This document shows, piece by piece, positions 9,994 through 17,091 of a stretch of 64,000 bases of DNA. The notes beneath the pieces were generated by a model. That model did no database searches. It had not been told where the DNA came from and saw only the letters and a program-made list of their open reading frames with translations. A program made the translations under genes and the position numbers. The DNA comes from a virus (lineage: Duplodnaviria; Caudoviricetes), in IMG/VR virus record IMGVR_UViG_3300031994_000065, positions 17,295-81,294 of that record. One strand, 5' to 3'. Positions within the stretch are counted from its first letter, which is position 1. Each line of letters opens with the position of its first letter.

Positions 9994-11040
9994 TTATCTG
10001 TTGACTTTTGCAAAATTTCTTTCCATAAGTGACCTAACTTGCGGAGCCCAGTTATAGTTATCCGGGCAGTAGACGGGGTTGATCGAACTGACCGTATCTA
10101 AGCCGCGTGCAAAATAACACTCATTGATAAGTTGCCCGAATGCATCGATATTTTCTTTTTTCGAGCTGTAACTTAATCCCATCATTCCGAAAAGGTTATT
10201 ATCATTCAACGCCATAAATGAAGTCCCATGACCGCTTTCGAGTTGTGCAACAGCCAAAGCAAATACGGCATTGACTCCGTATGTGGATTCCATTTCGTAG
10301 AACACATGACCTAACCCTTCGAGACCGGTTCCGGCAACAATCGATTCCAGTTCATCCATACTCAATCCACATCGTTCGGTTATTACGTCTGAAAGCGGAT
10401 AAACCGGTGGAATAAGGTTGACTCTGTAATGTTCGATTTTGCCACTGCTAAGAAACGGTTTGACGTGTTCATAGTAATACGAACTGGGATAGTAATCGAC
10501 TTTAACGAATCGTTTTTCAATATATGCTGCTTCGCCGATGCAATAGAAGTTGCTGTTGTAGATTAACGGAACAATCTCGTATGTATTGTACTTGTCTAAT
10601 TGTATCGGTTTGTCGTCTTCAGCAGGCTGTTTGTAACATATCGCGTCGAGTTCGTTTCGAGTGAATAACACGCCGACGATTTTTTCTGTCGAAGGCTTCT
10701 CAAATTTGTCAAGTTCGCAGTACGCTCTGTATTCGCCAGCTACTCCCCATTGTGGATTAATGGGGCTGACCGAGATAGCAGTACCACTAGGAAGCGTGCC
10801 AATGAGTCGAGCCGAAGAATCGGGTTCGGCATACATCGGAACATCTTGTGTAGAGACGCAAACCAAGTCTGCAAATTTGTCTATTTCTACAAGGGGTTCC
10901 GCTTCCGCAACGTTTGTCTGAACAATCTGTTCATCTGTCGCCGGATTGACTCGAGGATTGAAGAAGTTGTGATTGATTCCGGCTCCAATCAGCATCGCAC
11001 CAGTTACACAGATCGCCGCGATTAGATGTTTAGTATACAT
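9994..11040 (-). CDS. Cell-wall hydrolase: N-terminal signal/TM, SH3b-like domain, glucosaminidase (GH73-like) domain
   Basis: YGVNAVFALAVAQLESGHGTS...NNLFG motif; SH3-like MYAEPDSSARLIGTLPSGT; late promoter at 11069-11080. Confidence 0.8.
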   Translation of the reverse strand: MYTKHLIAAICVTGAMLIGAGINHNFFNPRVNPATDEQIVQTNVAEAEPLVEIDKFADLVCVSTQDVPMYAEPDSSARLIGTLPSGTAISVSPINPQWGVAGEYRAYCELDKFEKPSTEKIVGVLFTRNELDAICYKQPAEDDKPIQLDKYNTYEIVPLIYNSNFYCIGEAAYIEKRFVKVDYYPSSYYYEHVKPFLSSGKIEHYRVNLIPPVYPLSDVITERCGLSMDELESIVAGTGLEGLGHVFYEMESTYGVNAVFALAVAQLESGHGTSFMALNDNNLFGMMGLSYSSKKENIDAFGQLINECYFARGLDTVSSINPVYCPDNYNWAPQVRSLMERNFAKVNR

Positions 11041-11283
11041 TAGTGGATTCCTCCTTTGAGATTGAGTTTACCACTATGTCCGCAGCTTTTAGGAAATAAC
11101 CGTATCTTATTTTGCTTAAATCAAGCAATATTTGAGTTACACCAAACCAATTATTAAAATTTCATTAAAAATGTACTGGTCAAGATATATACATCGAATC
11201 ATTGCGTGTATTCTGATGTGAATATCGGCTGATTTGGGCTGAAGACAAAGCGATAATACACTACACAGAAAGAAGGTGAAGAA

Positions 11284-12594
11284 ATGGGTCAATTATTACG
11301 AGGACAGATGTTCGGAACAGGTTTTGAGAAGCAAATTTATCATGATAATCATTCTGAGTTCGAGCAGAAAGTCCATAGCCAGTATGCGAAATATCTCAGT
11401 GAACTTCCAATATTCACTGAATACTTTCACATAGTTAAAGCATTAACTACGGAAGATACCGGTTTGTTAAACATTGATAAATTGACTGGAGACAGCTCAC
11501 CGTTCAGATACAATCTCATTAAAGATTTTCCTCTGTTTGGTCTCGAGCAGATTCTTCTCGATATCGAAGATAATGATGATGTTGGTTTACAGACAAACTA
11601 CGAGGGTGAGGCAATAATTCTTCCACAAACTATAACTCCGTTACCGGATGATGCATTTATTGCAACAGCTCTTGGAAAGAAATGGTTTTTCCGTGTAATC
11701 GAAATTCATTACGACACAATTCTTGCGAAGAACTATTACAAGATTAATTTTGTGGTAAAAGGTGTCGATAATGGTTATTATTACGAGGATTATCTTAAGA
11801 AGGTAAACGACACATTCATTTGCGTTTACGACAATTATGGAACACAAGACGCATTTCTCATAAAGGAAGAGAATTATGATATTACTAATAAGCTCCAGAA
11901 AATGGCAGATGAATTATCAAGGAAATATCTCACTTTCTTCTATAATGAGAAATATAATGCGTTGATGGTTAAGAATCCACATGGTTACAATATGCTGTAT
12001 GATGCTTATGTGAATTACTTCTGTAATGAGCAATCGATATTTGCTCAGAATCCAAGAAACTTTTGGAATTATAAGTTCTATGTAGAAACCAGACCGGAAT
12101 TTGAGTTCTTCTATAACGCAAACTCAATTCAATCGGTTGTCATTAACAAAGATTTGGAATTGATTCAATCACCAAGATTTATGCGGTATTATGATACTAT
12201 TCCCACTTTCACCGATTCAATATTCCAGTTCTATGGAGATTTTGACACTTCCGGAATAACGATAAGTGAACGACATATAAATCCATTTGGTAGACAGATT
12301 CATCCGTTAATACCTCAAGATTTGTTTGAAGCAATCTGCTCTAATGGAAACGTTGATACCACAAATTTGATCTACAATGTCTTGGTGAAATACATCAATA
12401 ATGATATTGAAAGTGTAGGAAAACTTTTAGGTAATTTCAATGACAAAATTCGCGTTAGACCCACATACTTGGATTATGTCTTGATACCTCTATTCCTGTA
12501 CATTCTTTATCAATACAAGAAGTCTGTTACCAAGACAAACAATAATTATGTTGAGAATGAACAGCTTCGACAAAAACTTAAAATCTCACACTGA
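11284..12594 (+). CDS. Conserved jumbo-phage virion structural protein
   Basis: 436 aa; TGDSSPFRYNLIKDFPLFG motif recalled from phiKZ/AR9-like virion proteins. Confidence 0.5.
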   Translation: MGQLLRGQMFGTGFEKQIYHDNHSEFEQKVHSQYAKYLSELPIFTEYFHIVKALTTEDTGLLNIDKLTGDSSPFRYNLIKDFPLFGLEQILLDIEDNDDVGLQTNYEGEAIILPQTITPLPDDAFIATALGKKWFFRVIEIHYDTILAKNYYKINFVVKGVDNGYYYEDYLKKVNDTFICVYDNYGTQDAFLIKEENYDITNKLQKMADELSRKYLTFFYNEKYNALMVKNPHGYNMLYDAYVNYFCNEQSIFAQNPRNFWNYKFYVETRPEFEFFYNANSIQSVVINKDLELIQSPRFMRYYDTIPTFTDSIFQFYGDFDTSGITISERHINPFGRQIHPLIPQDLFEAICSNGNVDTTNLIYNVLVKYINNDIESVGKLLGNFNDKIRVRPTYLDYVLIPLFLYILYQYKKSVTKTNNNYVENEQLRQKLKISH

Positions 12595-12597
12595 AGA

Positions 12598-12939
12598 ATG
12601 GAGGAATTTGAGATGCTTAAGACATTACGTTCACAATTGGCAACTAAAAAGGCAGATGCTTCGTTTGAAGGATTTGTCCTTGATGCTATTGAACGCGCAC
12701 CTCAGAGAGATATCATGCTCGAAGAATGCGATGCTCCGGAATGTTGGCATGAAGACGACGATTACTGCGATGAAGATATTGGCAAGTTGATCGATGCTCT
12801 TCCCGAATCCGACATCGATTTGGATAATGAAGCGATTATTCAAGGAATTATTCGTGGTCGCGACGAACAGGGTAACGAGAAAGATATGTCAGTGGAAGAA
12901 TGTTGCGAGGCGTATATACCGCCCACTGAAGAAGTTTAA
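12598..12939 (+). CDS. Small acidic hypothetical (virion) protein
   Basis: 113 aa, cotranscribed, very acidic. Confidence 0.65.
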   Translation: MEEFEMLKTLRSQLATKKADASFEGFVLDAIERAPQRDIMLEECDAPECWHEDDDYCDEDIGKLIDALPESDIDLDNEAIIQGIIRGRDEQGNEKDMSVEECCEAYIPPTEEV

Positions 12940-12954
12940 GAAAGGATGAAACTA

Positions 12955-13464
12955 ATGGAAACTGATATGACTACATTCGTAGACAAGAAACTTGTAAAAG
13001 TTACAGATCGTGGTCCGATTATGCCGCTCGGTGGAATCTATGGACCCACTCTTCCTCAGATTATGACCGTTAAAACGATTGCGATTCTCTTGCAAAAGGG
13101 TTATCACGTTACGGAAATTCTGAATAATAAGTCTGAAGTTAAACTCAGTCTTTCGAACTACAATGTCGACATCAATGGCGATGGTGGTGAAGGTCTTAAA
13201 AAGGTTAAGAAACCTGATGAAGATATTAAGCCTCTGCCGAAGAAAAATGCCAAAGTCGAAACTCCTGCGCCTGAAGCAAAAACTGAAAAACCTGCTGAAA
13301 AAGAATCGGTTAAAGTTGAGACTGCCGTCGTTGAGAATAAGATTACCGTATCAGCGGCTGGAGGTAAGGCTGAAGCCGATTCTAAAAGGAATGGTAATGA
13401 CGCTGGAGGTCTTATGAGTACCAAAAAAAATAAGCCTAAGGCGGACGAACTTACCTCTAAGTAA
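12955..13464 (+). CDS. Hypothetical protein with Lys/Glu-rich tail
   Basis: ATG 12955 after AAAGGA; followed by a terminator. Confidence 0.7.
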   Translation: METDMTTFVDKKLVKVTDRGPIMPLGGIYGPTLPQIMTVKTIAILLQKGYHVTEILNNKSEVKLSLSNYNVDINGDGGEGLKKVKKPDEDIKPLPKKNAKVETPAPEAKTEKPAEKESVKVETAVVENKITVSAAGGKAEADSKRNGNDAGGLMSTKKNKPKADELTSK

Positions 13465-13481
13465 TTTGGGATTAAAACGAG

Positions 13482-13526
13482 AAAAAAAAACCGGGGAGCA
13501 ATCTGATAGAATTTGCTCCCCGGTTT
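13482..13526. terminator. Bidirectional terminator
   Basis: AAACCGGGGAGCAA/TTGCTCCCCGGTTT stem with a 9-T tail on the minus strand. Confidence 0.8.
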
Positions 13527-13553
13527 AACCGTTTTTTGAACTGCTGCTACTGA

Positions 13554-13589
13554 TTAGCGGCGAGTTCCACAAGTGCTATTGTCACCCAT
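13554..13589 (-). CDS. Candidate 11-aa micro-peptide MGDNSTCGTRR
   Basis: SD AAAGGAGG 8 nt upstream of ATG; lies between an early promoter and a terminator. Confidence 0.35.
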   Translation of the reverse strand: MGDNSTCGTRR

Positions 13590-13635
13590 GGTCGTCACCT
13601 CCTTTCAGTAACAGGAGGGTGGTTTTACGTTTCAT
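13582..13635 (-). CDS. Candidate 17-aa leader peptide MKRKTTLLLLKGGDDHG
   Basis: SD GGGGGAGG upstream; overlaps the SD hairpin of the 11-aa ORF. Confidence 0.35.
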   Translation of the reverse strand: MKRKTTLLLLKGGDDHG

Positions 13636-13700
13636 TTACCTCCCCCCACATTTATTAGATTTAAGTCGCAGCTACTAATTTCACTGCGTCTTATACCTAT

Positions 13701-13733
13701 ATAATATATATTTTCGATTCTAAGATATGTCTA
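13701..13733 (-). promoter_or_regulatory. Early promoter TAGACA-N17-TATATATTAT
   Basis: Same architecture as the cassette promoters. Confidence 0.7.
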
Positions 13734-15120
13734 AATCGATTTCTCCAGTTCTACTGACAGAAATACCTTCAATTGTCGATTCCAAAACCGTTTTGGTTCT
13801 GTAGAATGTGATTCTCCGTACAGGCATCTTCGGCAATTTTCTTTCTCTGGAACGTAAGAAAATGTCAGATATATGAATGAAGTAATTCTTGTGAACATCG
13901 TTATCAAACATTTTCACCATAGTTACGATTGACTTTTCTTCGTCTCGATACACATGAACCGGGATATATATCGTATCTTTCATCTTCACTGCTACTTTGA
14001 ATGCAGTATCTCGCTCAATATCGTCATTGTCTCCACATATGTAATATCCGTCTATGATGCCTCTGCGGTCCATTTCCAATACATCGTGCGCAACACTGGT
14101 TCCCTCTTTAATTGGTGGGAATCCAAAATTTTCGACCATGTTTAACAGAGCCATATCACATATCTTATTGACGATGCGATAATTGCTTAAGAATTGATGG
14201 ATTTCTTCATCGGAGAAATTTCGAAAGTTTGAAGGTCTGGCTAAGAAACCGAAATCATTCATATTACTGAGATTAATTCCATTAGTAGCCCAATCTCTTG
14301 GATTTAGAAGTTCATCTTTCATTCGCCAGTCATATTCGCTAGTGAGTGGCCATTGGTCATCATCCGGTTTACTTTGTCTAATAACAAAGTCAATATCGTC
14401 ACACATCTTAGTGATTATCGGAGCATCAATATGCTTCTTGATTTCACCAAATGCATTTATTAACATATCTTTGTTAGCAACTCGCCGAATCTTTTCTAAC
14501 ATATTGGCGTCGTACACCGATTTTGTATAGAAAAAATTTCTGGTTATGTCGTAGCAAAGTTTCAGGTCTGTGTCATAGACGTAATCCGAAATTCTTGTGG
14601 TGTTAAATCGTCCGTTCAGAATATAATCTTTATCGAGATAATTCTGAGCGGATTTCTTAATAGCTTGGTTTATTGCGTCATTTAATCTGTCACTAAACTG
14701 ACATGAATGATGTTGATGCGCTGGATCTACCAGTTGATTCCTGAAGATATTAGACCATTTATCAAATGTGAGCACACCTTCAGCATAATCAGTCGCGTTC
14801 ATTATGACGTGTTTTTCTTCCATTGTGATGGTTGGGGCTTCTAAGTAATCTATAGAAGACGATTCTGCTGCGATAATATCTTTATCTGCGTATGGTTTAA
14901 ATGCCGAATATTTCTTCAGTTTGACTTTCATGTTGTATTGTTTGGCGAGTCTGTTTATATTCGCAGCTAATTGCTTACGCTTTTTTGGTGGGCATGTATG
15001 GAAGTACGCAATCGCACTACGGACGTGATTTTCGTCGGGCATTGGAAAAGCTCTATCTTCCGGAAGACCGAACTGATCTGCGGGGAGTTCTTTTCTTTGA
15101 GCACTAGAAAGTTTAGGCAT
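13720..15120 (-). CDS. Hypothetical virion protein with N-terminal DUF6582-like domain
   Basis: FGLPEDRAFPMPDENHVRSAIAYF motif; late promoter at 15138-15149. Confidence 0.65.
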   Translation of the reverse strand: MPKLSSAQRKELPADQFGLPEDRAFPMPDENHVRSAIAYFHTCPPKKRKQLAANINRLAKQYNMKVKLKKYSAFKPYADKDIIAAESSSIDYLEAPTITMEEKHVIMNATDYAEGVLTFDKWSNIFRNQLVDPAHQHHSCQFSDRLNDAINQAIKKSAQNYLDKDYILNGRFNTTRISDYVYDTDLKLCYDITRNFFYTKSVYDANMLEKIRRVANKDMLINAFGEIKKHIDAPIITKMCDDIDFVIRQSKPDDDQWPLTSEYDWRMKDELLNPRDWATNGINLSNMNDFGFLARPSNFRNFSDEEIHQFLSNYRIVNKICDMALLNMVENFGFPPIKEGTSVAHDVLEMDRRGIIDGYYICGDNDDIERDTAFKVAVKMKDTIYIPVHVYRDEEKSIVTMVKMFDNDVHKNYFIHISDIFLRSRERKLPKMPVRRITFYRTKTVLESTIEGISVSRTGEIDLDIS

Positions 15121-15180
15121 CGTTTATCACCTCTTTTTAGTGCTTTGTCGCGAGGGGTAAAAATAGGTGAAATTCGGAGA

Positions 15181-15206
15181 AAAAAAAACCACGCGGTTTT
15201 GCGTGG
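15181..15206 (-). terminator. Intrinsic terminator after cassette B cargo
   Basis: CCACGC/GCGTGG stem plus 8-T tail on the minus strand. Confidence 0.75.
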
Positions 15207-15216
15207 CTGAATTGTT

Positions 15217-15873
15217 TCAATATGCGAAAGTCATAGGAATACCCATGTCTTTCAACATGTTGAAACAGCTGATGAAACCTTCTCTTGGTTTGAGATACTC
15301 AAACCGAAAGAAGACTTTCCAATTTTCGCCGTAGCGTTTCTTGTAAACTTTTTCCGCTTCTCCGGATTCGAAATTCGTGACGTAGTTTTCGTACGCCTTT
15401 TTCGAAATCCAGAACCCCACGATTTTTTGCGGAGCGACAAACGCCTCGGTGTAGGCGCTGTATTCGTCGTCGAGTTTTTCATAGTCGTCAACGATGAACT
15501 CCTCACGAATTGATGGGTAACGCTTCCCATCAATCGTGTAGCTCCCGCAATCAACGGAGGCCATTAACGACGTTTCGCCTTTCACATAAACGCCTATTAC
15601 GCCGAGTCCTCCGTTCATGAGCCTAGATTCAGGCCCGGGTTTCGAGCAACTTATCTCGGCTCCGGTGCCAAGAATGGTCAACAGTTTTTCGAGTGCGACC
15701 GCAGGCGACTGCGATCTGTTGACAGCGTTGAGGCCGTGCGCCCAGACCACTCCGTCAGTTCCTCTCGGAACATGACGTGATTTGAGCGCCTTAGCGTTTT
15801 CGAACGCCTTTCTCTCCTCGTCGTTCAAATCATCTGATTTCACACCATTGACGTAAATGCTCATTTCAAACAT
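15217..15873 (-). CDS. Hypothetical early protein (cargo of cassette B)
   Basis: 218 aa, SD within the repeated leader. Confidence 0.8.
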   Translation of the reverse strand: MFEMSIYVNGVKSDDLNDEERKAFENAKALKSRHVPRGTDGVVWAHGLNAVNRSQSPAVALEKLLTILGTGAEISCSKPGPESRLMNGGLGVIGVYVKGETSLMASVDCGSYTIDGKRYPSIREEFIVDDYEKLDDEYSAYTEAFVAPQKIVGFWISKKAYENYVTNFESGEAEKVYKKRYGENWKVFFRFEYLKPREGFISCFNMLKDMGIPMTFAY

Positions 15874-15985
15874 CCTCCTTAAAGATGTGGATCGTAGGTT
15901 TTCGCAATTTAGTACAAGAGAACTCCTACTAAACTCCTATACACCACGATAATATATACTTATGGGAGAGGGTAATGTCGGAACG
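15874..15985 (-). promoter_or_regulatory. Repeated early expression cassette, copy B (type 1)
   Basis: CCGACA-N17-TATATATTAT plus conserved leader and SD. Confidence 0.9.
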
Positions 15986-15998
15986 TAAAAAGGAGAAA

Positions 15999-16041
15999 AA
16001 GCCAGAACCTATTAAGGTTCTGGCTTTGTCACGCTTCTTGT
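15999..16041. terminator. Hairpin terminator, duplicate of 17044-17085
   Basis: AAGCCAGAACCT/AGGTTCTGGCTT followed by TGTCACGCTT in both copies. Confidence 0.75.
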
Positions 16042-16070
16042 TGTGGGAGGTAAAAAATATCTCCTTGAGG

Positions 16071-16133
16071 GAAAAAGAATCTGTGCCGCAAATGTGTGCG
16101 GTGTCTGTGCCGATTTACGACACAGATTCTTTC
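16071..16133 (-). terminator. Branched 3' structure/terminator (copy 2)
   Basis: AAAGAAUCUGUG/CACAGAUUCUUU stem, CCGCA/UGCGG hairpin, U-tail; covaries with 7081-7148. Confidence 0.7.
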
Positions 16134-16138
16134 GTGAA

Positions 16139-16714
16139 TCATTTCCAGCCTTTTGCGCAGATAACCTTCGGAATATATTTCCAATACTGCACCGATTGCG
16201 CGCAGGTGTAAAGACGTATTGTCTTGTCAGCCCAACACACAAGCTTTCCATTGTTATATGGAAGTAGTATTGTTTCATATAAACTGATAGTGTTTTTGTC
16301 GCGTTTGAAACTGCGCCCGTTGAAATGGAAGTCTTGATGGCTACCATTACAACAAGAGATGAGTGTGTACTCTCCCTTGTCGAATTTGTTCGCCATCGAG
16401 AAATGATTTTCTTTCTTGCCTTCGATAATGAATTCTGCGAATCCTCCGTGAACGCAAGCAACCAGCCCCTGATCTGTTACTAACGGGACTGCTTCCATCT
16501 GGACGGCGAACCTTTTCAAGAATGACCATATGGTCAATTTCTTTCCAGTATCCGCGTATCTCACATCGGTGTACAACGACGCAGTTCCGTTTTTGACTTT
16601 GAAGTACGCGATAACGTACATCGCGCCGAACAGAATTGCCCCTCCTGTGAGACCCCAAATGACGTTAATAACGGAGACGATCGAATTTACCAGAGCGTTT
16701 TTCATTTCAAACAT
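16139..16714 (-). CDS. Hypothetical early protein with N-terminal transmembrane segment (cargo of cassette C)
   Basis: 191 aa; hydrophobic SIVSVINVIWGLTGGAILFGAMYVIAYF. Confidence 0.8.
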   Translation of the reverse strand: MFEMKNALVNSIVSVINVIWGLTGGAILFGAMYVIAYFKVKNGTASLYTDVRYADTGKKLTIWSFLKRFAVQMEAVPLVTDQGLVACVHGGFAEFIIEGKKENHFSMANKFDKGEYTLISCCNGSHQDFHFNGRSFKRDKNTISLYETILLPYNNGKLVCWADKTIRLYTCAQSVQYWKYIPKVICAKGWK

Positions 16715-16834
16715 CCTCCTTAAAGATGTGGATCGTAGGTTTTCGTCAATTTAGTACAAGAGAACTCCTACTAAACTCTCATACACCACGATAATATATA
16801 CTTAGGAGGGTGGGCGATGTCAGATTGAAAAATT
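16715..16834 (-). promoter_or_regulatory. Repeated early expression cassette, copy C (type 1)
   Basis: CTGACA-N17-TATATATTAT plus leader identical to copy A over the core. Confidence 0.9.
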
Positions 16835-16855
16835 ATATCGTGTCAACATATCATT

Positions 16856-17034
16856 AGATGCATCTATAATACTAATGTGCGGGCAATAGCTCCACTTTAA
16901 GGGAAGATAGGTTATTGGTGACAAACGCCTAAGTTGTACTCGGCTTATATAGTAGACTTCGGATTAACCCGCCTCGAAGTCGCCGCGTAACAGAATTGGC
17001 GGCTAGGCCTATCTTCCTGGGAGTCGTTTTTTTT
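16856..17034 (+). ncRNA. Candidate structured ncRNA (multi-way junction), family unknown
   Basis: Late promoter at 16845-16856; 12-bp closing stem GGAAGAUAGGUU/GGCCUAUCUUCC, four internal hairpins, G-U pairs favour the plus strand; ends in an 8-T run; no ORF. Confidence 0.65.
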
Positions 17035-17043
17035 GCGGACAAT

Positions 17044-17070
17044 AAGCCAGAACCTTGTAGGTTCTGGCTT
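17044..17070. terminator. Terminator after nrdD
   Basis: 12-bp stem AAGCCAGAACCT/AGGTTCTGGCTT. Confidence 0.75.
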
Positions 17071-17091
17071 TGTCACGCTTTTTGTAGTTTG

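Noticed and set aside
16856-17034. tRNA or tRNA-Sec call for the multi-stem RNA; firm hatchet ribozyme call
   Set aside because: No TTCRA T-loop, 7-nt anticodon loop or CCA; the hatchet resemblance covers only two short strings recalled from memory.
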